The notes beneath the pieces are model-generated. The model worked only from the letters and a program-made list of their open reading frames with translations. It made no database searches and was not told the DNA's origin. Below are positions 26,690-36,548 of a stretch of 64,000 nt of DNA, one piece after another. This DNA comes from Gemmatimonadales bacterium (GTDB lineage Bacteria > Gemmatimonadota > Gemmatimonadetes > Gemmatimonadales > GWC2-71-9), in assembly GCA_035759745.1 (NCBI GenBank), contig DASTUF010000084.1, forward strand, positions 10,784-74,783, in the 5' to 3' direction. The stretch's first letter is position 1. The number at the start of each line of letters is the position of its first letter. The position numbers and the translations under genes were made by a program.

Positions 26690-27742
26690 ATGCCGTCCCG
26701 CACCATGAAGGAAGTCTCCGTAGAAGTCCGGAAGGGCTCGTTTGCCCCCGCCTACCTCCTCCACGGCTCCGAAGAGATCCTGAAGGACGAGATGGCGCGG
26801 GTGATCCTGGAGCAGGCCCTCGATCCTTCCACCCGTGACTTCAACCTCGACCAGGTCTCGGCGGCATCCCTGGACGACGAGGGCGTGGAATCACTCTGCA
26901 ACACCCTGCCGATGATGGCGGACCGTAGGGCGGTCGTGATCCGCGATCTCGATGCCTGGAAGCGGCGGGCCAAGGCCAAGTCGGCTTTCCTGCGCTACCT
27001 CAGCCAGCCCTCCGAGTCCACGGTGGTGGTCCTGATCCAGGCCGGGGACGACGCACCGGACAAGGACATCGCCAAGCAGGCCGTGACGATCAACTGCACT
27101 CCCGAGAGCACCCGGGCCCGGGAGAGCTGGGTTCGCCGCAAGGCCGAAGCCCAGGACGTCGTGTTGGACGATGAGGTGCTGCGGCACCTGGTACAGGCGA
27201 CCGACAGCCTGGCGGGCGCTTCGCTCGAGGTGCAGAAGCTCGCTTCGCTCCCTGCCGGCACCACGATGACCCTCGAGCTGGTGGGCGACCTGATCGGGGT
27301 GAGGCACGGCGAGACCAGCCTCGACTGGCGCAACGCCATCATGGACGGGGAGCCGGGCAAGGCGGTGGCGTTGCTCGAACCGGTGCTGGGCCAGTCCGGC
27401 ATGAGTGGGGTCAAGCTGGTCAACCTGCTGAGCGTCACGCTGGCCGGCGTGGGCGTCGCGCGTGCCGCGTATGACCGGGGTAGCCGAGGTGCCGCTCTGT
27501 CGAAGGTCGCGATGGACAGCATGCGGGAAGCGCGTCCCTTCGGACTCGGCTCCTGGAGCGACGAGTCCAGTCGCTGGGCGCGCTGGGCGGCATCCTGGCC
27601 CGAGCACCGGTTGCAGCGGGCTGTCTCGCACACACTTGCTGCTGACACCGCCCTCAAGTCCACGACGCTGTCAGGCGAGGTGGGTGTGCTGACCGACCTG
27701 ATCTTCCAGCTGGCTCCGACCGAGGTGATGGCCGCGCGATGA
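26690..27742 (+). CDS. holA: DNA polymerase III subunit delta
   Basis: The N-terminus ...APAYLLHGSEEILKDE and overall length are typical of HolA. The start could instead be the Met at 26705. Confidence 0.8.
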   Translation: MPSRTMKEVSVEVRKGSFAPAYLLHGSEEILKDEMARVILEQALDPSTRDFNLDQVSAASLDDEGVESLCNTLPMMADRRAVVIRDLDAWKRRAKAKSAFLRYLSQPSESTVVVLIQAGDDAPDKDIAKQAVTINCTPESTRARESWVRRKAEAQDVVLDDEVLRHLVQATDSLAGASLEVQKLASLPAGTTMTLELVGDLIGVRHGETSLDWRNAIMDGEPGKAVALLEPVLGQSGMSGVKLVNLLSVTLAGVGVARAAYDRGSRGAALSKVAMDSMREARPFGLGSWSDESSRWARWAASWPEHRLQRAVSHTLAADTALKSTTLSGEVGVLTDLIFQLAPTEVMAAR

Positions 27743-28773
27743 GATTGCTCCGTTCCCCGCTGGCCTTCCTGGTCGTGGTCCTTCTGGCCGCCGGAGCGCC
27801 ACGTGAGGCGCTGTCCCAGACCGATGCCCGGCTGACCGGTGCGGTGGCGCTGGCCCAGGAAGGTCACGGCGATTCCGCGCGTGCCATCGTGCAGCAGGTG
27901 CTGGGCTCGGTAACATCCTCCGATCCGCTTTACGTCGAGGCGTTGCTGGCCCGGGCCCGGTTGGCCGAGTCTGCCGACACGATGCGCCGCCAGCTGCAGC
28001 AGATCACCGTCGAGCACGCGCTGTCACCGTGGGCTGACGATGCACTGCTGGCGCTGGCCGAGCTGGAATACGCCAGTGGCAACATCCCCGCGACCACGCG
28101 AAATCTGGAGCGCTTCCGCAGCGACTATTCAGCGTCATCGCTGCTGTCCGCGGCGGCGTTCTGGGCGGCGCGGGCCTACTTCGATACCCGCAACGAGAGA
28201 GCGGCGTGCGAGTGGGTGGGAATGGGCCTGGCTCGCATTGCACGTGCTCCCGCCGACATTGCGCCCCAGCTCGAGTTCTTTGCCCGGCGCTGTCCTTCCA
28301 CCGCACTCGCAGCGGGCAGCGCCCAGCTGCCGCCCCTCCCGCCGGCCGACACGATCGCACTGGTGACGACTCCCGATCCGGGGCGGCCCACCATGGACCC
28401 GGCGCCGAGTCCCGCGGCACGCGACACTGCCGTGGTCCTGAAGCCGCCCCCGCACGACTCGCTGCGACGCGACCCCGGCGTGATCATCGCGCGCCTGGAC
28501 ACCACCAGTCAGGCAGCTCCACCTGCGCCCTCTCCTGCACCGGAGCCGGGCCCTCGGCTCTACCGGATTCAGGTGGTTGCGGCAAGTAATGCGGCCGACG
28601 CCGCCGCCGCGGTCGAAAAACTCAGGGCCCATGGCTACGACGGACGCGTGGTTCAGGAGGGCGGCTACCACAAGGTGCGCGCTGGCGGCTGGCCCACCCG
28701 GAACGGCGCGCGCGCGGCGCTCCCCGCGCTGTCGGCGCTCTTCCCTGGCGCCTTCGCCGTTAGGGATCCCTGA
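27739..28773 (+). CDS. TPR-like plus SPOR domain-containing protein
   Basis: Signal peptide, helical-repeat middle, a Pro-rich linker, and a C-terminal SPOR-like YRIQVVAASNAADAAAAVEKLRAHGYDGRVVQEGGYHKVRAG. Confidence 0.75.
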   Translation: MRLLRSPLAFLVVVLLAAGAPREALSQTDARLTGAVALAQEGHGDSARAIVQQVLGSVTSSDPLYVEALLARARLAESADTMRRQLQQITVEHALSPWADDALLALAELEYASGNIPATTRNLERFRSDYSASSLLSAAAFWAARAYFDTRNERAACEWVGMGLARIARAPADIAPQLEFFARRCPSTALAAGSAQLPPLPPADTIALVTTPDPGRPTMDPAPSPAARDTAVVLKPPPHDSLRRDPGVIIARLDTTSQAAPPAPSPAPEPGPRLYRIQVVAASNAADAAAAVEKLRAHGYDGRVVQEGGYHKVRAGGWPTRNGARAALPALSALFPGAFAVRDP

Positions 28774-28775
28774 AC

Positions 28776-31358
28776 GTGGCCGTGCGTGACGCAGGCAGCA
28801 CTCCGCTCATGCAGCAGTATCGCGAGATCAAGGCGCGCCACCCGGGTGCGATCCTGTTCTTTCGCATGGGCGATTTCTACGAGATGTTTTTCGACGACGC
28901 CGAGCTTGGCGCTCGAATCCTCGACATAACGCTCACGTCGCGCGGCGATGGCGTGCCCCTCGCCGGGGTGCCGGTCAAGGCGGCCGCTGAGTATCTCCGG
29001 CAACTGGTGGCGGCGGGCCAGCGGGTTGCCATCTGTGAGCAGGTTGAGGATCCCCGCCTGGCCAAGGGCATCGTCAAGCGCGAAGTAGTGGAGACCGTCA
29101 CCCCCGGGGCGTTGCTGCAGGACGGCTGGGTGCCCGGCAGCACCAATAACTGGCTGGTGGCGCTGGCGCGCACCGATGCGTCGGTCGGCATCGCCGCTGC
29201 CGACCTGGGAACCGGCGAGTTCCTGCTGGAGACCGTGCCGGCCGATGGCGCGTCCGAGGCGATCGCCCGGCTGGCGCCGCGCGAAGTGGTTCTGCCCGAT
29301 GACGATGACACCGCGCTGGATGACAGTGTGATGCGCACCACCCGCGACCGCTGGGAGTTCGACCCGGCGCAGGCGCGGGACGAGATCGCTCGCCGATTCA
29401 AGCTGGCCACGCTGGATGGCCTCGGCCTTGACGCCGGAGACAACGCTGCGATAGGCGCGGCGGGTGCTTTGCTTCGTTACCTCTCCGACCTGCAGCCAGC
29501 GGGGCTGCCCCACCTCTCCCGTCCCACCGTCCGCCGGAGCGATGCGCTGCTCTGGGTGGACGAGATGACCCGTCGCAATCTCGAGCTGGTGGAGCCGCTC
29601 AGGGCCGGTGCCAAGGGCACCACGCTGCTCGAGACCATCGACGCAACGCTCACTGCTCCGGGCGCGCGCCTGCTCCGGCAGTGGGTCCTGTCGCCTCTGC
29701 GCGATCCGGTCGCCATCAACCATCGGCTTGACGCGGTCGAGACGCTGGTGAACGACAGCCGCGGCCGCGCCCGCCTGCGCGAGGCGCTCGACGGCGTGCG
29801 CGATCTCGAACGTCTCGGTGGACGCGCTGCTGCCGGGCGAGCTGCGCCTCGTGAGCTGGGCGCGCTGCGCGATTCCTTCCGCAGGCTGCCAGACGTGCTC
29901 GACGCCGTGCGTAGTCTCGGCGGGCTGGAGCAGAGCGATGTGCTCTCGGGCGTCGAACGCGAGTTCGACCTGCTGCACGACCTCCGCCAGTTACTCGACG
30001 CCGCGCTGGAGGAACGCCAGCCGGTCATGCTGTCGGACGGGAACGTCATCCGGCCCGGCTTCGATGCCGAGCTCGATGAGTTGCGGACCCTGCGTGACGG
30101 CGGCAAGTCCTACATCGCCGCATTGCAGCAGCGCGAGCGTGAACGCACCGGCATCACGTCACTCAAGGTCGGCTTCAACAAGGTCTTCGGATACTATCTC
30201 GAGATCAGCAACGCCCACCAGAGCCGGGTGCCCGCCGACTACGAGCGCCGCCAGACCCTCACCAACGGTGAGCGCTATGTCACCCCCGAGCTCAAGGAGT
30301 ACGAGTCCAGGGTCCTCGGCGCCGAGGAGCAGCTGACGCTGCGGGAGGCGGAGCTGTTCGGAGCGTTGCGGGCCAGGGTCGGCGCCGAAGTGGAGCGGGT
30401 TCAGAGAACGGCCCGGAGCATCGCCCTGCTGGATGTGCTGGCGGCGCTGGCGGAGCAGGCCGTATCGCACCGCTACGTGCGCCCCGTGATGAACGATGGC
30501 CCCGTGCTGCGGCTGGTCGCCAGTCGGCACGCTGTGATCGAACGGCTCATGCCCCGGGAGCAGTTCATTCCCAATGACGTCCATATGGACGACGCCGAGC
30601 GGGTGCTGCTGGTCACCGGACCCAACATGGCCGGCAAGAGCACCATCCTGCGGCAGATAGGGATCTGCCAGCTGCTGGCGCAGATGGGAAGCTTCGTGCC
30701 GGCCGACTCGGCCGAGATCGGCGTGGCCGACAGGCTGTTCACCCGGGTGGGCGCCAGCGACAACCTCGCCCGGGGCCAGTCCACCTTCATGGTGGAGATG
30801 AGCGAGACCAGCGCCATCCTGCATGGCGCGACCGCGCGCAGCCTGGTGCTGCTGGATGAGATCGGACGCGGAACGTCCACGTATGACGGCGTCGCGATTG
30901 CGTGGGCGGTCACCGAGCATCTGCACGACAAGGTGGGTTGCAAGGTGATGTTCGCCACCCACTACCACGAGCTGATGCAGCTGCCCGAGCAGCTGGCGCA
31001 TGCCCGGAACTACAATGTCGTGGTGCAGGAGTCGGGCGACCGGGTCGTGTTCCTCCATCGGCTGGCGCCGGGCGGTACCGATAGGTCGTATGGCGTGCAC
31101 GTGGCCCAGCTTGCCGGCCTGCCGGCGGGGGTTGTGGCCCGGGCGCACGCGCTGCTCGAAACGCTGGAAGGAGAGCATCGCGTGGTGCCGGGACCGCCGC
31201 CGCCGCCACCCGACCCGGGCCAGTTGGCGCTCTTTCACGGAGCGGAACCGGATCCCGTAGTCGAGGACCTTCGTGCGCTCGATGTCGATCGCCTCACCCC
31301 GCTGGAAGCGCTCAACCGGCTTTCCGAGCTGCAGCACCGCGCCCGCAAGCGAACCTGA
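28776..31358 (+). CDS. mutS: DNA mismatch repair protein MutS
   Basis: TPLMQQY..IK......LFFRMGDFYEMF at the N-terminus, Walker A GPNMAGKST, and TFMVEM/DEIGRGTSTYDG. Confidence 0.97.
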   Translation: MAVRDAGSTPLMQQYREIKARHPGAILFFRMGDFYEMFFDDAELGARILDITLTSRGDGVPLAGVPVKAAAEYLRQLVAAGQRVAICEQVEDPRLAKGIVKREVVETVTPGALLQDGWVPGSTNNWLVALARTDASVGIAAADLGTGEFLLETVPADGASEAIARLAPREVVLPDDDDTALDDSVMRTTRDRWEFDPAQARDEIARRFKLATLDGLGLDAGDNAAIGAAGALLRYLSDLQPAGLPHLSRPTVRRSDALLWVDEMTRRNLELVEPLRAGAKGTTLLETIDATLTAPGARLLRQWVLSPLRDPVAINHRLDAVETLVNDSRGRARLREALDGVRDLERLGGRAAAGRAAPRELGALRDSFRRLPDVLDAVRSLGGLEQSDVLSGVEREFDLLHDLRQLLDAALEERQPVMLSDGNVIRPGFDAELDELRTLRDGGKSYIAALQQRERERTGITSLKVGFNKVFGYYLEISNAHQSRVPADYERRQTLTNGERYVTPELKEYESRVLGAEEQLTLREAELFGALRARVGAEVERVQRTARSIALLDVLAALAEQAVSHRYVRPVMNDGPVLRLVASRHAVIERLMPREQFIPNDVHMDDAERVLLVTGPNMAGKSTILRQIGICQLLAQMGSFVPADSAEIGVADRLFTRVGASDNLARGQSTFMVEMSETSAILHGATARSLVLLDEIGRGTSTYDGVAIAWAVTEHLHDKVGCKVMFATHYHELMQLPEQLAHARNYNVVVQESGDRVVFLHRLAPGGTDRSYGVHVAQLAGLPAGVVARAHALLETLEGEHRVVPGPPPPPPDPGQLALFHGAEPDPVVEDLRALDVDRLTPLEALNRLSELQHRARKRT

Positions 31359-31373
31359 CCCTGGAGGGGCCTG

Positions 31374-32591
31374 ATGTTCAGTCGCCTCACGATCACTCTC
31401 GTCATCGTGGCCACACTCGGCGCCTGCGCGTCGGAAGCCGCTGAGGAGGCGTTCACCGTCACTGACAGCGCCGGTGTAGCGATAGCGGTAAGCCATGAGC
31501 CGCTGTGGCCTGAGGGCCGCGGGTGGCGATTGGGCGGTCAGCCCAGCGTACTGATCGGCGGAGGTATCACCGACACCAGCGCTATCGTCGGGCCCATCGC
31601 GGGCGCCATGCGACTCCCTGACGGCCGGATCCTGGTGGCTGATGCCGGCGCGACTCGGCTACGCTGGTTTGCCGATGACGGCACAATCCTGCAGAGCGTC
31701 GGGCGCAAGGGTGAAGGTCCGGGAGAGATGCAACGGATGGACGCCCTGCTGCATGTGGGCGATTCCATTGCGATCCTGGACGGTAGCACGGCGCGGGTTT
31801 CGGTGTTCAGTCTTGACGGCGTGTTCGGGCGGCGCTTCAAGATGGCGGCGCCTCCCAAGTCCGCTTTCGCGCTGCGGATCATTGGCCGATTGGCAACCGG
31901 GGAGTGGATCGGGAGGACCGGTAGCTCCGTGAGGGAAGTGCCCAGCGGAATCAGGCGCGACACATTCGAGATCTGGCTGAGTGGCTCCGATGGCGGTGTT
32001 GGAAGGCATGTAGCGGACGTGCTTGGCGGTGAAGCCCTGGTCGTGAATGGCGGGACGTGGGGTGCGGTCACCCGTGCGCCGTTCGAACACGAGACGACTG
32101 TACACTTTCATGACGGTGACCTCTGGGTCGGCACGGGCGACGAGTTCCGGGTGGATCAGTTCGCACTTTCTGGAGAGCTGCTTCGAAGTGTGCGGTTGGC
32201 CGAAGCGCCGACGCCGATAAGCACCAGCGAGCTGGATGCAGTGCTCGATAGCGCCCGGGACCACTACGCCGAGATGAATGATCGCATGCGAGAAGGGTTC
32301 ACGAGAGTGCTCGAGGAGGCGCCCCGTCCCACGGTCAAGCCGGCGTACACCAGCTTCCTGCTGGACGATGACGACAACATCTGGATCGCGCGCTACGGCA
32401 GCGGACCGGCACTGCCCTCCCACTGGTCCGTGATCGACACCGCCGGACGCTGGCTGGGTGACGTACCGCTGCCTCCGGGCTTCGAGCCCACCCACGTAGG
32501 CACCGACGAGGTGCTCGGCGTCTGGACTGATCCCGACGGTCTCGAACGCGTCGTCGCCTATCCACTGATCCGCGACAGCACCGGCATGTGA
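31374..32591 (+). CDS. hypothetical lipoprotein (probable beta-propeller)
   Basis: Lipobox ATLGAC. Repeated beta-strand-rich segments. No catalytic motifs recognised. Confidence 0.6.
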   Translation: MFSRLTITLVIVATLGACASEAAEEAFTVTDSAGVAIAVSHEPLWPEGRGWRLGGQPSVLIGGGITDTSAIVGPIAGAMRLPDGRILVADAGATRLRWFADDGTILQSVGRKGEGPGEMQRMDALLHVGDSIAILDGSTARVSVFSLDGVFGRRFKMAAPPKSAFALRIIGRLATGEWIGRTGSSVREVPSGIRRDTFEIWLSGSDGGVGRHVADVLGGEALVVNGGTWGAVTRAPFEHETTVHFHDGDLWVGTGDEFRVDQFALSGELLRSVRLAEAPTPISTSELDAVLDSARDHYAEMNDRMREGFTRVLEEAPRPTVKPAYTSFLLDDDDNIWIARYGSGPALPSHWSVIDTAGRWLGDVPLPPGFEPTHVGTDEVLGVWTDPDGLERVVAYPLIRDSTGM

Positions 32592-33766
32592 CCCAACGCC
32601 TCTACTACACCGACGCTCGGCTGACCACGTTCGACGCCCGCGTCACCGGGCGGAGCGATGACAGCCGTCGGATCCAGCTGGATCGCACCGCCTTCTACCC
32701 CACCTCCGGCGGCCAGCCCCACGACACCGGTGTCCTCGGTGGCGCCCGGGTGATCGACGTTGTTGAAGAGGACGATGTGATCGTCCACGTGCTGGCCCAG
32801 CCAGCGCCACTTGACGGCGTCGTGACCGGCGCTGTGGACTGGCCCAGGCGCTTCGACCACATGCAGCAGCACACCGGCCAGCACCTGCTGTCGGGGCTGC
32901 TGCACGACCTGGCCCACGCGCCCACGACCAGCGTGCACTTCGGACCCGAGTCATCCACCGTGGACGTGGCAGTCACCGGCGTCCCGGAGCGCACGCTCGA
33001 GGCCATCGAGGACCGCGCCAACGAGATCATCGCCGAGCGGAGGCCGGTCATCGTGTCGTTCGAGGAAGCGGCGACGATCGAAGGGCTGCGCAAGGCTTCC
33101 GCGCGCACCGGTACCCTTCGCATCATCACCATCCAGGACGCCGACCGGAGCGCCTGCGGCGGCACCCATGTCGCCGACACCGGCGAGATCGGTGCACTCG
33201 CGGTACGCAGAGTCGAGAAGATGAAACAGGGAGTCCGGATCGAGTTTCTCTGCGGTCATCGGGTTCTGACACGCGCTCGGCGCGATGCCGGGATCGTTGC
33301 GCAAGTAGGCACCCTGCTTTCCGCCGGGCCATCGGATATCATCGCCGGCGTCACCGCGCTCAAGGATGGCGCACGCTCTGGCGCATCCGCACTGAAGCGG
33401 CTGCAGGCCGACCTGGCGCGCGCGCACGCGCGAGAGGCCTACGCCGCGACGGCACCAGCTGCCGACGGGACCCGACTCATCTCGGCTCCAGCTGGCCTGG
33501 ACCTGGACGCGCTGGTGGCGCTGGGCCAGGCGGTGTCTGAGCTCGCGGCGGCGCGCTTCGTCGGGGCACTGGATGAGCCACCGACGCTGTTCATCGCCGC
33601 CGCCACCGACGCCGGCTGGAATGCCGGCGCGCTCATCAAGGACCTCATTGCAAAGATCGGCGGCAAGGGTGGCGGCTCTCCCCGCCAGGCCCAGGCGAGC
33701 ATGCCCGACGGATCGGCGCTTGCCCGCGCACTCGGCCTGCTTGTCGCTTCCATCCGTGACACGTAA
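32588..33766 (+). CDS. alaX: alanyl-tRNA editing protein (AlaX-L type; tRNA synthetase SAD plus DHHA1-like C-terminus)
   Basis: MTQRLYYTD...FYPTSGGQPHD, HxxxH (HTGQHLL) and the CGGTHV zinc/editing motifs. Confidence 0.85.
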   Translation: MTQRLYYTDARLTTFDARVTGRSDDSRRIQLDRTAFYPTSGGQPHDTGVLGGARVIDVVEEDDVIVHVLAQPAPLDGVVTGAVDWPRRFDHMQQHTGQHLLSGLLHDLAHAPTTSVHFGPESSTVDVAVTGVPERTLEAIEDRANEIIAERRPVIVSFEEAATIEGLRKASARTGTLRIITIQDADRSACGGTHVADTGEIGALAVRRVEKMKQGVRIEFLCGHRVLTRARRDAGIVAQVGTLLSAGPSDIIAGVTALKDGARSGASALKRLQADLARAHAREAYAATAPAADGTRLISAPAGLDLDALVALGQAVSELAAARFVGALDEPPTLFIAAATDAGWNAGALIKDLIAKIGGKGGGSPRQAQASMPDGSALARALGLLVASIRDT

Positions 33767-33823
33767 CTTGTCGTAAACCTGCCCGATCAATTCAGCGTTG
33801 TTCCACCCCGTCGCGAGGCGGTC

Positions 33824-36124
33824 ATGTCACTGCATCGAGTCGCCACATGTCTCGTTGTGCTTGGCGCACTGTTTCCGGTTTGGCTGCTCGCGCAGCGACC
33901 AGCCACCGGGACCGCCCAGAATCACGACTCGCTGTATCAGTACCTCCGCCACCTGGAGCCGGACCCTGCGCAAGGCGCGACGGTGCGGAATGTGGTGCTG
34001 GATCGCGATGGCGTCCGGGTGGAGCTCGAGGAAGGCACGCTCTGGTTGGCCCAGCCGCTCGGCGATCGCACGGTGGGGGCGATGTTCACGGGTCGGGGCC
34101 GGGCTCGGATGGCACCGCCCAGCCCGGTGGAGCAGGGACAGATGAAGCTGGTGCTGGGCGACTCGACGCTCGATGCGCCGATCGACGGTGCGTTCCTGCT
34201 GTTTGCCGACTCCACCGAAAGCCAGTTGCGCAGCCTGCTCAGCTTCGGTCCCATCAATCCCACCAGCGAAGCGAAGGCCATTGCCGGCGAAGCCTTCGAC
34301 TATCTCCGCCTGCGGCAGGAAGTGACGGTTGATCCGGGCGTGCTCCTCCCGCTGCTCAACGGCACCACGTCCGACCTCTTCTACGTCCACGTCGACCGGA
34401 GCCGGGGCGGACCGGTCATCCTGGTGGTGGACCCGACTGAGCGCGAACGGGTGCAGCTTCGCACCCGCGCTCGCGGTGTGAGCGCGTTCCGCGCCACCGA
34501 AGGCGTGGCCCAGTTTGACTCCCGGGGTGGCCCGCTCACCGGCGACCAGGCGCCGAGCGCCATCGTCGCAAAGTACGTCATCGATACGCGGATCGATCGC
34601 AGCGCGATGGGCGAGGCCCGCTTCTCGGCGCGGGCCACCATGGACATCACCTCGCCGGTGGCCGCGGGGCCGTGGGTTCCCTTCTACCTGGCGAACGAAC
34701 TCGAGGTGGATTCGGCGCGTGCCGCCGATGGATCGGCCCTCGCTTTCTACAAGCACAAGGACGGCTCGATGCTGTGGCTCCGGCTGCCCACGCCGCTCGA
34801 GCCGGGCCAGACCCTGCCCGTCACTCTGCATTACCAGGGTGACCTGATCGATCGCTACGGCGACTTCTTCTTCATAAAGTCTTCCAGCGCCTGGTACCCG
34901 CGGCCGCTGGAATCACGTTCGCACGCACTTTTCGACCTCACATTTCATACTCCGTCGAACTACCGCTTTGCCAGCGTGGGGGAGCTCAAGGACTCGACGG
35001 TGACCGACCGGGTGCTCACCACCCGCTGGGTAAGTCCCGCGCCGATGCGGAATGCCTCCTTCAACTTCGGCCTCTTCGAGGACGACTACCGGATCGATAC
35101 CGAAAACGGGCCGCCCGTCACGGTGTTCTACTCCGACCGCGCCAGCCGGGAGATGGGTATCGTGTCCATCTCCAATGCCAGGGAGCGAGTGGGCCAGGAT
35201 GTGAGCGAGGCACTGCGGTTCTTCACCACGATGTTCGGGCCGCTTCCCGTGAAGCACCTCTACGCTACCCAGATCCCCTATGCGCACGGAGAGGCGTTTC
35301 CCGGCCTGATCCACCTGTCCTTCATCACCTTCGCCGCCAAGGAAAGCGGACGGGGTGATTTCGACCAGTTCTTCCGGGCCCACGAGGTGGCGCACCAGTG
35401 GTTTGGTATCGGCGTGGATTTCGCCACCTACCGCGACCAGTGGCTGAGCGAGGGCATGGCGAGTTACGCCGGCCTGTGGTACACCCAGGTGGCCCAGAAG
35501 AAGAATGAGTACTACTTCGACGAGCTGCGTCGCTGGCAGGCGGACCTCGACGTCCGCCGCAACGAGGTGGGCCCGATCGCCCTGGGTTACCGCACCGCGT
35601 CTCCCCGCGACGGCTCCGAGTACGACCTGGTGGTCTATCGAAAGGGCGCCTGGGTGGTCCACATGCTGCGAGTGCTGCTGCTGGATCTCAAGACCATGAA
35701 TGACGACCGGTTCACAGCCGCCCTGCGTGATTTCTACCAGACATATCAGGGAAGCAAGGCCTCGACCGAGGACTTCCGCCGCGTCATGGAACGCCACGCT
35801 GGCGCGGACCTCGGCTGGTTCTTCGACCAGTGGCTCCGGACCACCGCGATGCCGGAGTATCGCTGGGCCTGGCGCACCGAGCCCGCGCCTGACGGCCGGC
35901 ACCGGGTTTTCCTCCGGGTAGAGCAGCGAGGCGTGCCGGACGACTTCCTGGCCTACGTGCCCGTGACGATCAAGCTCGCGAACGGCGGTGAAGGGCGACT
36001 TCGGGTCAAGGTCACCGGCGCACGGACCGAAATGGAGCTGGCCCCGATGCCATCAGAGCCCGAGGACGTGGTCTTCAATGACCTGGAAGGGGTCCTGGCC
36101 AAGGTGAGCAAGGTCAGCTGGTAG
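33824..36124 (+). CDS. M1 family metallopeptidase (aminopeptidase N-like)
   Basis: The HEVAHQWFG (HExxH) motif with a downstream WLSEG glutamate. Signal peptide present. Confidence 0.9.
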   Translation: MSLHRVATCLVVLGALFPVWLLAQRPATGTAQNHDSLYQYLRHLEPDPAQGATVRNVVLDRDGVRVELEEGTLWLAQPLGDRTVGAMFTGRGRARMAPPSPVEQGQMKLVLGDSTLDAPIDGAFLLFADSTESQLRSLLSFGPINPTSEAKAIAGEAFDYLRLRQEVTVDPGVLLPLLNGTTSDLFYVHVDRSRGGPVILVVDPTERERVQLRTRARGVSAFRATEGVAQFDSRGGPLTGDQAPSAIVAKYVIDTRIDRSAMGEARFSARATMDITSPVAAGPWVPFYLANELEVDSARAADGSALAFYKHKDGSMLWLRLPTPLEPGQTLPVTLHYQGDLIDRYGDFFFIKSSSAWYPRPLESRSHALFDLTFHTPSNYRFASVGELKDSTVTDRVLTTRWVSPAPMRNASFNFGLFEDDYRIDTENGPPVTVFYSDRASREMGIVSISNARERVGQDVSEALRFFTTMFGPLPVKHLYATQIPYAHGEAFPGLIHLSFITFAAKESGRGDFDQFFRAHEVAHQWFGIGVDFATYRDQWLSEGMASYAGLWYTQVAQKKNEYYFDELRRWQADLDVRRNEVGPIALGYRTASPRDGSEYDLVVYRKGAWVVHMLRVLLLDLKTMNDDRFTAALRDFYQTYQGSKASTEDFRRVMERHAGADLGWFFDQWLRTTAMPEYRWAWRTEPAPDGRHRVFLRVEQRGVPDDFLAYVPVTIKLANGGEGRLRVKVTGARTEMELAPMPSEPEDVVFNDLEGVLAKVSKVSW

Positions 36125-36140
36125 AGGATATTTTGCGGGG

Positions 36141-36548
36141 GTGAAGACCCGACACCTCATCCTGTCAGCCTGCCTCACCCTCGCCTGTGGTGGCGGGGGA
36201 GACGGCATCGTGGCGCTCCCGGCTACGTCGGGAGAGCTCGCCAGTCGCGACGACGCCCCGCCGGTCGCGGTGAACCCCACCTCCCCGGTGGTGTACCCGG
36301 CCGCGCTCGCCCGCGAGGGCATCGAGGGCACCGTCCTGCTCCGCCTGACGGTGGATTCGACGGGTCAGGTGCTGCGCGATTCGATCGCTGTCGCCGAGTC
36401 GAGTGGCTATCCCGCCCTCGACGCTGCAGCCATCGCCGGCGCCGCCGGGCTGCGATTTGCGCCGGCGCTCCGGCGCGGTTCCCCGGTGAGCGCCTCGTTC
36501 ATCCAGCCGGTGCACTTCCGGAACCCCGCCGTGCCGGAGAGGCCATGA
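36141..36548 (+). CDS. TonB C-terminal domain lipoprotein
   Basis: Lipobox LTLACGG and the TonB_C pattern VYPAALAREGIEGTVLLRLTVDSTGQV...SSGYPALDAAA. GTG start. Confidence 0.8.
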   Translation: MKTRHLILSACLTLACGGGGDGIVALPATSGELASRDDAPPVAVNPTSPVVYPAALAREGIEGTVLLRLTVDSTGQVLRDSIAVAESSGYPALDAAAIAGAAGLRFAPALRRGSPVSASFIQPVHFRNPAVPERP